A DNA stretch of 64,000 nt from Obrimoposthia wandeli (taxonomy: Eukaryota). Below, in pieces: positions 47,364-62,796 of the stretch; within the stretch, counting starts at the first letter, position 1; each line of letters begins with the position of its first letter. Made by a program: the position numbers and the translations under genes. The notes below the pieces were generated by a model. That model did not search any database and had not been told where the DNA came from. It was given only the letters and a program-made list of their open reading frames with translations. The DNA is taken from positions 1,054,001-1,118,000 of the forward strand of contig CDROCS010000506.1 in assembly GCA_977020255.1 (NCBI GenBank), in the 5' to 3' direction.

Positions 47364-49250
47364 CTATGATTTTAACAGATCAAAATTTAATTCAAGCATG
47401 TCACTATCCTGTACTTTATCTTGGTAAACACAATACTGATTACGCCCATTCTCCTTGGCGAGATATAACGCCTTATCTGCATTTTCAAGTAATGTCGCTT
47501 CGGAACTTTCGCTTTCTGGGCACATAGTTGCAATACCGATACTTAAGGTGACGTATTTAGCCGCCTTAGAGTAAGCATGTTCAATGGCTAAACCTTCAAT
47601 AGCTGCAAGGATCTTATTGGCAAGACGAATCGCACCTTCTTCATCGGTATTAGGTAAAATAACCGCAAATTCTTCGCCGCCATAACGCGCCACTAAATCA
47701 GAACCACGGTGTACTTGCTCATCCATCACTTGGGCAATGTTTGCCAGCACGATATCCCCCATCGGGTGACCGTAATTATCATTATATAATTTGAAACTGT
47801 CGACATCACAAAACAACAAAGACATCTGTTTAACTTCACGATGATGAGTTGACCAATAATGCTGTAATTTATTATCAAACGTGCGGCGATTAGCAATTTT
47901 AGTCAGCTCATCAGTTGAGCTTAATTCATCGAATTTTTCTATCGCCTGTTCAAGATCATACTCGATACGTTTACGTTCGGTTAAATCACGATAAATAATT
48001 AAAATACCACTTTCACCATTGGTGCTGTTCAGATAACGTTGCTTACATATTTCATACCAGCGTGGTTCTTGATCTGTAAGGTGCAATAACTCTTCATAAC
48101 GCACCGATTTACCATCCACTAATAATTGATTTTCTTGCTCCAGCAACCAAGATTTTTTATCGTGACTGAATAACTGTTGTCTATCCATACCAAGTAAATC
48201 GGCATGTTTAACACCTACAACCTCGCAATAACCATGATTGGCACCAACATACTTACCGTTGCCATTCATGAATGCCACCGGATCTGGGGTCGCATTAATA
48301 ACTGAATTTAATAAACTATTGTTACGACTTAATTCAGCTTCAATACGTACATGCTCACCATTCTCACTCAGCAGGCGCTCATTCAGATCCATGATTTCGG
48401 TTTGGTCATGCGATACAGTTAAGATCGCAACGACTTTTTTATGCTCGTCGTATAATGGATACTTGATGGTTCGTAATAAAATATTATTGTCATCCACCGT
48501 ACTCCACTCTTCATATTCTTGCACTTCGCCAATAAGCACAGATTTTTCATAAGACTTTATTTGCTCAAGTTTCGAAGCACTGTAAAAATCATCCTCAAAA
48601 TGACCATTAACTTGCGCTACCGACTGCTGAAATTGAGTGGCCCATGATGGTGAACAACTTAAGATGAGACCATCCAATGCTTTGATATGAATGAACGCAG
48701 AGTTGGACGCAAATAAGCTTTTAATTATTTGTCCATCCAGATCCCAAGGAGAAATAGTGGAAGAATTAGTATCAATATGCTCAATCTGGCACAACCAAGC
48801 GCTGCGACCTTGATAGTTAATTTTCATCGCGCTATAACGTAAAGTTTTCTTCAGTTGCTTTATATGAAAAACATCATTGGTGATAGACGTTTTATCAGTG
48901 AGTTCAGATAAACGCTCGAAACAACATTGAGCAACAATATTACTGGTCTTATTGTCGCGGTCAAAAAGCAGGGTAATTGCTGGATTCGTATAAAGTATCG
49001 AGGCTTTTTTTACATCAATAACCAGTGTTGGTGTTACTGAACATGTCAGTAATTTTTTACTGGTAGACAATTTTCGCGAGAGCGAGTACATCACCAGCAT
49101 ACTCGTTAATAACGCCGACACAACTAACCAAAGCGTGATAACGACAGGTGTATTTGTTGATAATTCGCTAACGTCCTGCCACCAATTTAATATTATTTTC
49201 ATAGCTGACTGATATTTAAAATCCATAATTTCGCCCAAGATCCGTCTCAC
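47364..49250 (-). CDS. PAS-domain diguanylate cyclase
   Basis: N-terminal TM, PAS-like segments, TDELTKIANRR, DVDSFKLYNDNYGH..GD, I-site RGSD and GGEEF active site. The true start is probably a downstream ATG. Confidence 0.9.
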   Translation of the reverse strand: MRRILGEIMDFKYQSAMKIILNWWQDVSELSTNTPVVITLWLVVSALLTSMLVMYSLSRKLSTSKKLLTCSVTPTLVIDVKKASILYTNPAITLLFDRDNKTSNIVAQCCFERLSELTDKTSITNDVFHIKQLKKTLRYSAMKINYQGRSAWLCQIEHIDTNSSTISPWDLDGQIIKSLFASNSAFIHIKALDGLILSCSPSWATQFQQSVAQVNGHFEDDFYSASKLEQIKSYEKSVLIGEVQEYEEWSTVDDNNILLRTIKYPLYDEHKKVVAILTVSHDQTEIMDLNERLLSENGEHVRIEAELSRNNSLLNSVINATPDPVAFMNGNGKYVGANHGYCEVVGVKHADLLGMDRQQLFSHDKKSWLLEQENQLLVDGKSVRYEELLHLTDQEPRWYEICKQRYLNSTNGESGILIIYRDLTERKRIEYDLEQAIEKFDELSSTDELTKIANRRTFDNKLQHYWSTHHREVKQMSLLFCDVDSFKLYNDNYGHPMGDIVLANIAQVMDEQVHRGSDLVARYGGEEFAVILPNTDEEGAIRLANKILAAIEGLAIEHAYSKAAKYVTLSIGIATMCPESESSEATLLENADKALYLAKENGRNQYCVYQDKVQDSDMLELNFDLLKS

Positions 49251-49746
49251 ACTGACGGATTATAGAACACCAAAATAAGAATACTGTAAAGCAGGTATTC
49301 TTAAAACTATCGCCATCACCCATTTTGGGTTACATACTTTAGTACTAGGTAACATAAACCAACTAAATCAGTAGATTATGTATAAAACAAAATGAAAATG
49401 GCACACTACATCATGAATAACTGTTGAAACATCATTTAAAATCACACAATGTCATATATCCAAAATTAAAAACCAAATATTAAACAATCATCAACATTTC
49501 TTACACTTTATTGACTAATGACAAAACAAATGGCCCATTTATATGAAAAGGTGATAAGTAACTCAGAATACATTTTTAGATTGACCTAAGTGTTAATTCT
49601 GGTAAATTTGGCAGGTTAGCCAATTTTCGGCTTTTGGAAACTTTAACGATTTACCTATTTTTGTATGTATATTTAAACTCTGAGTAGAATCTCACTGAGG
49701 CATATAGAATCAGTATTTAGTAAATTGAATGCAAGGGAGAAGTGCA

Positions 49747-55631
<5,885 letters not shown>

Positions 55632-55691
55632 AGTGAAAATCGCAAGGTAAGTCGTATAATACGCTTATATTAAAACACTACTTATCTAATT

Positions 55692-55726
55692 AAAAACGCT
55701 AGCATAAATTATGCTAGCGTTTTTTT
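55692..55726 (+). terminator. Intrinsic terminator of gltBD
   Basis: AAAAACGCTAGCATAA/TTATGCTAGCGTTTTTTT. Confidence 0.9.
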
Positions 55727-55824
55727 ATATGTAAATTACCGTCATAAAAACGATAATATATTTAATTACGTGCTTTTTTTTTGTATCATGTCCGTCAATT
55801 TAACGGTCTTGATGACCCCAATAC

Positions 55825-57069
55825 TTGGTGATAATGAATTCGTTTAATCTCTCCATAGCTGCCCTACATCGATTGATAGCAACCAGCATAACGTTCATTT
55901 TTATCAGTGCCCTATTTAGCGCACCGAGTTTTGCTGCGCAAGAAATAGTCCTAGGCGACTATATCAATACCGATAAACTCAGCCCCGAGAGTGAACCAGC
56001 CAAAGTCAGTACCAACATCGCCGAAAATAGCGATGCCGTGACGACGACAGAAAACAGCCAAGAAGTCATACTCGCAGATAGTTTAGGTGTAGACGAAGAT
56101 TGGCTATGGTTAAAATCCGGTGAATTCTTAATTGGTAACATCGAAGATCTTTATGAAGAAAAAATGGCTTTCGATAGTGATGATCTCGGCGATTTAAAAA
56201 TTAAGTGGAAAGATATCAGCCGCATTAACAGCCGTCAGTTATTTACCGTTAGAACTATTAATGGCGAGATCGTTACCGGAACAATTGCGCTTGAAGACGG
56301 TATATTGATTGTCAGTAATAATCGTCAGCATAAAATCCCCCAAGACGACCTCATGACTCTGATTGCGGGTTTAGAAACCGGCGCCAACATCTGGGAAGGC
56401 AAAATTACCTTCGGGGCTAATCTAAGCTCAGGTAATACCAACAAGCTGGAATATAATACCAACGCTGAGCTTTCTAGGCACACAACAGCATCACGTATTA
56501 AAGCGTCATACATCGCCATTATTGGTGAAACAGATAATGTGCAAACAGATGAGAACCATCGTTTTACTACGACCTACGATGTCTATAGTGACAAAGACCT
56601 GTTTTTTCGTCCGCTCGATTTTAGCTTCTATCGCGATCCATTACAGAATATAAACAGCCGGATAAATGTGGGTATGGGTATCGGTTATCAATTTATTGAT
56701 GACGGTGATCAAGAACTAGAAATGAACTTAGGTCCTTCTTTTCTTTATACCAAATATGAATACGCAGATGTACAACTCAATAGCAGTGATGAAAGTCTCG
56801 CGGTATCCCTCACTGTTGATTATGAACGTGAAATCCATGATCAAATTGATTTTGAATTAAGTTATAAAGTAACAGCCACAGAATCTGAGACTGGCGGCTA
56901 TTTGCAAAATGCTAAAATGAACTTTGATATTGAGTTAACTGATGTACTTGATTTTGACATTTCCTTCTTCTGGGACCGAGTAAATAATCCCCAGCTTGAT
57001 ATCGACGGTATACAGTTAGAGAAAAACGACTTTCGTATTGCATTTGGCTTAGGCGTTTCTTTTAATTAA
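55825..57069 (+). CDS. DUF481-family outer-membrane beta-barrel protein
   Basis: Signal peptide, N-terminal DWLWLKSGE domain, barrel strands ([17 protein letters not shown]) and C-terminal LGVSFN. Confidence 0.75.
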   Translation: MVIMNSFNLSIAALHRLIATSITFIFISALFSAPSFAAQEIVLGDYINTDKLSPESEPAKVSTNIAENSDAVTTTENSQEVILADSLGVDEDWLWLKSGEFLIGNIEDLYEEKMAFDSDDLGDLKIKWKDISRINSRQLFTVRTINGEIVTGTIALEDGILIVSNNRQHKIPQDDLMTLIAGLETGANIWEGKITFGANLSSGNTNKLEYNTNAELSRHTTASRIKASYIAIIGETDNVQTDENHRFTTTYDVYSDKDLFFRPLDFSFYRDPLQNINSRINVGMGIGYQFIDDGDQELEMNLGPSFLYTKYEYADVQLNSSDESLAVSLTVDYEREIHDQIDFELSYKVTATESETGGYLQNAKMNFDIELTDVLDFDISFFWDRVNNPQLDIDGIQLEKNDFRIAFGLGVSFN

Positions 57070-57137
57070 TACCGCCATTAATTCCACACCCAAATTGTGC
57101 TAGCATAGTGCCTTTCCAGACAGATTTAGAGACAACA

Positions 57138-57833
57138 ATGAAAATAGGTATTATTGGCGCAATGGAGCAGGAAGTTGAGATCCTGCGTGAGCAACTAGAC
57201 AACGTAACAACATTTACTCAAGCTGGTTGTGAGTACTACAGTGGTACGCTTGCTGGTCATGATGTTATTTTAAGTAAATCAGGTATTGGTAAAGTAGCTG
57301 CAGCCGTAGCGACTACATTACTACTTGAACATTACAAACCTGATTATATTATTAATACTGGCTCTGCTGGCGGTTACGATAAAACGCTTAAAGTGGGCGA
57401 TGTAGTGATCTCGAGTGAAGTACGTCACCACGACGTTGACTTAACTGTATTTGGCTACGAAATGGGTCAATGTGCACAGAAACCTGCGGCATTCATCCCT
57501 GATACTCGTCTTGTTGAAGCCGCTAAGAAAGCGATTGCAGCAGACAGCGAAATCAAAACTATCGAAGGTTTAATTTGTACTGGCGATAGCTTCATGTGTG
57601 ATCCGAAAAAAGTAGAAGAAGCGCGTGTTAACTTCCCTACAATGGCCGCAGTAGAAATGGAAGCAGCAGCAATTGCACAAACATGTCACCAGTTTGACGT
57701 ACCGTTTGTAGTGATCCGCTCGCTATCTGATATCGCTGGTAAAGAATCACCAACGTCATTTGAAGAATACCTCGTTGTAGCAGCGAAAAACTCTTCAGCA
57801 ATGGTACTAAACATGCTTAAAGAATTAAAATAG
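57138..57833 (+). CDS. mtnN: MTA/SAH nucleosidase
   Basis: [48 protein letters not shown]. Confidence 0.96.
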   Translation: MKIGIIGAMEQEVEILREQLDNVTTFTQAGCEYYSGTLAGHDVILSKSGIGKVAAAVATTLLLEHYKPDYIINTGSAGGYDKTLKVGDVVISSEVRHHDVDLTVFGYEMGQCAQKPAAFIPDTRLVEAAKKAIAADSEIKTIEGLICTGDSFMCDPKKVEEARVNFPTMAAVEMEAAAIAQTCHQFDVPFVVIRSLSDIAGKESPTSFEEYLVVAAKNSSAMVLNMLKELK

Positions 57834-57834
57834 C

Positions 57835-58773
57835 ATGAATTTGGCCATGGATTGGACCAGTATGCAGTCAGTATTTATCTTACTGACTGCTATCATTATT
57901 GCCCGTTTACCGCTCTGCCCACCGCGCTATCATCCGACACAACTGCTCAACCATCTCTTTAGTGCTATCGCAGATAAAGTCAATAACGCCAAGCGTAGCC
58001 ACCAGCAACAAGTCATCGCCGGTAGCCTTGCCACATTCATCATGCTCGGGTTTATGTTAGCCATCGCCGTGGTCATTGAATTTATTGTCATTGAAAGTAT
58101 CATTTTTGAATTACTGTTATTACTGTGTTTATTACAGTGGGAGAAAATCAGTTTACCCATCGTTGATTTAGGCTCGCTCGAAAAACAAACCATCATCAGC
58201 CAAATACAACCGCGTATATTACGTGATTTAGACCAACTATCCTTACTCGGCTTACATAAAGCCAGTATCGAAAGCCTGTGTTTACGTAATAGCTACCAGT
58301 GGTTTGCCGTTATCTTTTGGTATAGCTGCTTGGGTATCTGGCCAGCCATCGTTTATCGCGTGATCCAATTGATGGCCCATAACTGGAATTGCAAACTAGC
58401 AGGTAATCATCACTTCGGTCGCCCTGCTGCAGCCATGCTGGAGTTATTAGCATTACCGTCTCATCTTTTACTGGCATGCACATTACGTGGCTTACAACGT
58501 GCAACAAGCCCATTATCGAATTTAATCCAGCAAGCAAAGAAATGGCATCACTTTGGCAGCGGCTTGTTATTATCAAGCTTCGCTTATAGCCTTGCGGTTC
58601 AGCTTGGTGGCCCACGAAAATACCAAGGCGCAATGCAACGCTTTAGCCAACTTGGTCATAACCAGCCAGTACAGCGCGAAGATATTCAGCGCGCACAGCA
58701 AAAATTGACCTTGGCAATGGCGGTTTGGTTATGCTTTATCACCGCTACCTATGTGCTTATTGCGATTAAATAA
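57835..58773 (+). CDS. CobD/CbiB-family membrane protein
   Basis: Multi-TM with RDL..LS, IESL, WFAVIFW and L.VQLGGP..YQG motifs, in the Vibrio-type mtnN-cbiB-btuF order. Confidence 0.7.
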   Translation: MNLAMDWTSMQSVFILLTAIIIARLPLCPPRYHPTQLLNHLFSAIADKVNNAKRSHQQQVIAGSLATFIMLGFMLAIAVVIEFIVIESIIFELLLLLCLLQWEKISLPIVDLGSLEKQTIISQIQPRILRDLDQLSLLGLHKASIESLCLRNSYQWFAVIFWYSCLGIWPAIVYRVIQLMAHNWNCKLAGNHHFGRPAAAMLELLALPSHLLLACTLRGLQRATSPLSNLIQQAKKWHHFGSGLLLSSFAYSLAVQLGGPRKYQGAMQRFSQLGHNQPVQREDIQRAQQKLTLAMAVWLCFITATYVLIAIK

Positions 58774-58827
58774 ACCGGCTAGATTTACGACAGTTAACCT
58801 TTTCACATTTCACTACACTGAGTTTTT

Positions 58828-59712
58828 ATGTTTGTTCACGTACGGTTCGTTAGTCTATTAATAATGGCATTGTCAGTGCTATTTCCATCGGTACTATTAC
58901 CATCTGTACATGCGCAATCATTAGCAGAGCCCAAAAAGTACCCACAGCGCATCATCTCGCTATCACCCCATACCACAGAATTAGTCTTTGCCGCTGGCGG
59001 TGGCGATAGACTCATCGGCGTCAGTGCTTATTCAGATTACCCTGAAGCCGCTAAAGCATTACCGATTGTTGCGAGCTCACAGCAGATCAACATCGAAACC
59101 ATACTAGCGCTAGAACCCGACATGATTATTTACTGGCAGCAAGGTAATTCAGCCGCAGACATCAAGCAACTGAAAAAATTTGGCATACCTGTTTATGCCT
59201 CAAAAACCGGTGGATTAGATGATATCGGCATTCAAATACAGCGACTTGGCAGAATGCTTGGCACAGAAACGATTGCCGATCCCGTGAGTGAAAAATACCG
59301 TCAAGCCTTGGCCAGACTCCGCACTAAATATAAACACAATCCGCAACAAGATTTATTCTACCAAGTCTGGCCAACCCCGTTAATGACAGTAGCGAACGAT
59401 CCTTGGTTACAACAACAATTTGAATTATGTGGTTTTAACAATGTGTTTAATGACAGTCCAGTACCTTATCCAGTGATTAACGTAGAGCAAGTTCTGGTGA
59501 AACAACCAGCCGTGATCATCGCAGGTTCGGTAAATGACGACGAGTTAGCCCAGTGGCAAACCTGGCAGAGTATTCCAGCAGTGAAGAATGGTAATATATT
59601 TAGGGTTAATCCCGATGTCTCACACCGTTTTTCACCACGCGTAGTGCATGGTATAGAAACCCTTTGCAAAATTGCCTTACAAGCGCAACAGAACACCAAT
59701 AACCACCTATAA
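58828..59712 (+). CDS. btuF: Vitamin B12 ABC transporter periplasmic binding protein
   Basis: RIISLSPHTTELVFAAG, VSAYSDYP, NIETILALEPD, EQVLVKQP, HRFSPR. Confidence 0.88.
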   Translation: MFVHVRFVSLLIMALSVLFPSVLLPSVHAQSLAEPKKYPQRIISLSPHTTELVFAAGGGDRLIGVSAYSDYPEAAKALPIVASSQQINIETILALEPDMIIYWQQGNSAADIKQLKKFGIPVYASKTGGLDDIGIQIQRLGRMLGTETIADPVSEKYRQALARLRTKYKHNPQQDLFYQVWPTPLMTVANDPWLQQQFELCGFNNVFNDSPVPYPVINVEQVLVKQPAVIIAGSVNDDELAQWQTWQSIPAVKNGNIFRVNPDVSHRFSPRVVHGIETLCKIALQAQQNTNNHL

Positions 59713-59724
59713 AAGAGCAGCTAT

Positions 59725-59788
59725 CTGCTGTAAGACCTTATAATAAGTTCTACTGTAAGATCTTATAATAAGCTCTGCTGTAAGGGCC
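59725..59788. repeat. 25-bp tandem repeat (about 2.5 copies)
   Basis: CTGCTGTAAGACCTTATAATAAGTT / CTACTGTAAGATCTTATAATAAGCT / CTGCTGTAAGGGCC at 59725, 59750 and 59775. Confidence 0.9.
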
Positions 59789-59899
59789 ATTACAATGACC
59801 ATTTTAAAGCACTTATAACAATAAATATTGTCATAATTCAAACTCCTAGCTACCTTTAGTAAAGGTTTCTTACGTGCGTTCACTTTATGGCAATGATTT

Positions 59900-61339
59900 A
59901 TGGCCCTATGGATTAAGCTTTATCAGTTTTGTGTTATTTTTTGGCGAAAACGCTTTTATTTACTGATCCCAATAATCACTATGCCAATCATAGGCTACTT
60001 TGTCGGGCGTAGCATTCCTGAAAGTTACCATTCGCATACAACGATATTATTACAAGAAAGCACCATACTAAATCCATTTTTATCCGAGCTATCATTGCCC
60101 TTCAATGTCCAATCTCGTTTTAAAGCGATCAATATTCTGGTCAAGCGCAAACAGGTATTACTTGAAGTCGCAAAACAAGTAGGCTTAATCACTCCAGATG
60201 ATTCAGCTTGGCAGCAGCAACAAGTTATTAATAAAATTAAGTCCGCTTTAAATCTCTCGTTAACAGGTTCAGAGATAATCAAAATTGAAATGGACTGGCC
60301 TGATCCGCAGCAGTTAAGCGTGATCTTAACCGTCGTCAGTGAGCAATTTATCTTACGCTTAACCAAACCGAATCAAGATCAGGCATTAAGCAGTAAAACC
60401 TTTCTTACAGCGCAGCTTAATCAACAACATAAAATATTGCGCCAAGCCGAACAGGGACTTTTTAATTACAAACTAAAACATGCCGCTATCATTCCTTTGT
60501 TATATGACGCGCGGGAATTAACATTGATGGATATTAATCTTCTTCTAAAAAATAAAACTCAGGAATTAGCGTTATACCAAGCTAAATTAACATTACTCAC
60601 CAAGAAATTAATTCTAACCAATCCAGCGGCTCAGTTCATTGATAACAAAATAACCCAGCTCGAAACACAAAAAATACAGCTATTACAGCAGTACACCGAG
60701 AGCCACTCTCAAGTAAAATCAACCAATCAACAATTAGTACGTTTACAGCAACAAAGAGACGAGTTACTGGCTGATATCCAAAACCAGCAATCCCTAGACC
60801 TATTAATGAACCGTTTAACACGACTGACCCAACAATCCTTACTCACTCAGCTAACACCTGTATTACTGAGACAACTTAAAGATTATCAGCGCTTAAAAAG
60901 TCACATAGAAAAAATAACCCAAGAGTTAAAAACGCTGAAGGAACAGCATCAAGAAATTCAAAAAAATCAAAGGAAATATATCTCCATTGAACAAGAATTA
61001 CAGCTATTACAACGGGATTATCTCACTAAAAATAGCTTATATTTAGATCTCTTAACACGCAATGAGATGGTCATCATAAGTAACGCGCTTGGCGAGCATG
61101 AACTAGCCACTAACATTAAAGTAATTACCCGCCCCTTCATTCCCGAACAAACGATTAATTTACCTATTATCAGTTATATTTTACTTGGGTTGTTGTTAGG
61201 CATAATACAAGGCATAGCCGTCAGTTTAGTGCTTTCAAGAACCCAAGATACATTATGGGATGAAGACAACATTGCTCATATCACGGGCTTAAAAGTCATT
61301 GCACGACTGCCGTTAATACCGAGCGGATCAGGTCGGTAA
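59900..61339 (+). CDS. Polysaccharide co-polymerase / chain-length determinant (Wzz/GumC, SypO-like) without kinase domain
   Basis: N-terminal TM (WRKRFYLLIPIITMP), HTTILLQES..LNPFL, a long periplasmic coiled coil and a C-terminal TM followed by the D..I..ITGLKVIARLP tail. Confidence 0.8.
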   Translation: MALWIKLYQFCVIFWRKRFYLLIPIITMPIIGYFVGRSIPESYHSHTTILLQESTILNPFLSELSLPFNVQSRFKAINILVKRKQVLLEVAKQVGLITPDDSAWQQQQVINKIKSALNLSLTGSEIIKIEMDWPDPQQLSVILTVVSEQFILRLTKPNQDQALSSKTFLTAQLNQQHKILRQAEQGLFNYKLKHAAIIPLLYDARELTLMDINLLLKNKTQELALYQAKLTLLTKKLILTNPAAQFIDNKITQLETQKIQLLQQYTESHSQVKSTNQQLVRLQQQRDELLADIQNQQSLDLLMNRLTRLTQQSLLTQLTPVLLRQLKDYQRLKSHIEKITQELKTLKEQHQEIQKNQRKYISIEQELQLLQRDYLTKNSLYLDLLTRNEMVIISNALGEHELATNIKVITRPFIPEQTINLPIISYILLGLLLGIIQGIAVSLVLSRTQDTLWDEDNIAHITGLKVIARLPLIPSGSGR

Positions 61340-62307
61340 ATGATTTGTAATGTCGTATTATCTTTGCCGAGCGGATCTGCCGAGATGACGATGTGCGGAA
61401 TCGCCATATACTCAGGACTGTATCCTTCAAAAGGGTGTTTATCTTCCACCAACACGACAAAATTGCCAAACTTGATACGCTCATAATTGGGGTACAAGGA
61501 TTGGTAGAAATCAAGTACCGACCTCGCACTGGCATCAACGCTATAACTGGCTAACGGTAAACTCGCGATACGATTAAGATCTAAGCCTTCAGGAATGAAG
61601 TTATTCAGCTCAGCGCCTTGATAAACAGGTAGGAAGTAATGCGGTAACAGCACTGAAAGCGCTTTGTCTTGCTCTTGTAGTTGGCTAAGCCAGCGAGGTT
61701 CGCCCAAGTCGTCTTTTTGCACATCGATTTTTTTCACATCCATGACGACTGGTAGCTTATCCACTTCAGGCTCAATAACTTGCTGCGGACCTATTTCTAA
61801 TTTAGGGAAGCTTAATTTATAGAGATTTAATAACGTCTGCTGAAATTGCTGCTTGATCACATCCAGCATAATAACTTGCGGCCGTTTGGCAATAATAGCA
61901 TCCATCTTAACAGCAACAGCTTGCACAGAGGCTGAATGAATAAATTGCTCATAGTGCTCAAGGTCATTACATTGACGACAAAAATTAGTCAGCAAATCAG
62001 CAGTGGTAATGGTAACTACTTCACGTTGGATATATTCAGGAAAAATGAGTAAAGCGTCGAGGCTGATACCTTGATCTGAAAATAACTCCAAATGATAAGG
62101 TTCCGTATTATGCGCAATATCACTACTAAGGCACAATTGATTATTCACCACTGGCTGAGATAAAGTCTCATCCAGATAAATGGTTTTATTCTGTAAATAC
62201 GCTGATTCTAGTTTTACTACGATGGCACAATTATTTGCAATCGCAGCGGTCGGCCACAATGCCGGTAACAACGTCGCCGTCATCACGATTATTTTAAGTA
62301 ACTGCAT
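61276..62307 (-). CDS. Hypothetical exported protein
   Basis: 343-aa ORF with a signal peptide (MQLLKIIVMTATLLPALWPTAAIA). Its 3' end overlaps the Wzz-like gene by 64 nt. Confidence 0.7.
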   Translation of the reverse strand: MQLLKIIVMTATLLPALWPTAAIANNCAIVVKLESAYLQNKTIYLDETLSQPVVNNQLCLSSDIAHNTEPYHLELFSDQGISLDALLIFPEYIQREVVTITTADLLTNFCRQCNDLEHYEQFIHSASVQAVAVKMDAIIAKRPQVIMLDVIKQQFQQTLLNLYKLSFPKLEIGPQQVIEPEVDKLPVVMDVKKIDVQKDDLGEPRWLSQLQEQDKALSVLLPHYFLPVYQGAELNNFIPEGLDLNRIASLPLASYSVDASARSVLDFYQSLYPNYERIKFGNFVVLVEDKHPFEGYSPEYMAIPHIVISADPLGKDNTTLQIIYRPDPLGINGSRAMTFKPVI

Positions 62308-62525
62308 TTGATATCCTTATCTAGCAATTATGTCTATGTCATTAAATTAGTGCAAAAGCTCCGCTTGAGACACTATTAATACCTTTGTGAGGTAAGGCTT
62401 AATTTAGCAGTAATTTACACGTATCGTAACGATCTGTGTCACTAAGTTAACAATCATCAAAAATAAACCACTAAAAATAAGATATCAACAGTTGCATATT
62501 AAAAGTAATGCGCTATATTTAAATT

Positions 62526-62695
62526 AGAAACCGAAACAGCCGACCACTTTATTGGTCAAACAGATGTAATGACATCGTCTTTGGGCTTTCAATGCCGGCG
62601 TGCTTGGTTATCTCACTCTAACTTAGGGTTAGCGCTTTCGAACAATACAGCATTCAGATTTACAAAAAAGCTCACCTTATAAGTGAGCTTTTTTG
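62526..62695 (+). ncRNA. Candidate sRNA of about 170 nt
   Basis: Promoter-like TTGCAT-N16-TATATT (62492-62519), three or four short hairpins and a terminator at 62663-62695. No convincing plus-strand CDS. Confidence 0.35.
62663..62695. terminator. Bidirectional intrinsic terminator
   Basis: CAAAAAAGCTCAC-CTTATAA-GTGAGCTTTTTTG. Confidence 0.9.
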
Positions 62696-62704
62696 TGTCT
62701 GTCA

Positions 62705-62763
62705 TATTTTTTTACTATTCTATTTTTACTATATCTGTTTTTACTATTCGGTTTTTATTATTC
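62705..62763. repeat. Degenerate ~14-bp T-rich tandem repeat 3' of the MCP gene
   Basis: Four copies resembling TTTTTACTATTC. Confidence 0.7.
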
Positions 62764-62796
62764 TTTTTTGATTAAAGCACCCTGCTTCAGGCCTTA

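Noticed and set aside
55738-55760. Pho-box-like CCGTCATAAAAACGATAA upstream of the DUF481 gene
   Set aside because: Only one half-site matches and the second is poor.
57835-58773. CbiB-like gene as evidence of de novo cobalamin synthesis or of a novel system
   Set aside because: mtnN-cbiB-like-btuF is a familiar Vibrio-type arrangement and no other cob/cbi genes are present.
59725-59788. Possible mini CRISPR array
   Set aside because: The units are directly abutting with no unique spacers, there are fewer than three copies, and no cas genes are present.
62423-62445. CRP-like site AACGATCTGTGTCACT
   Set aside because: The left half-site matches weakly. It cannot be separated from chance without a PWM score.
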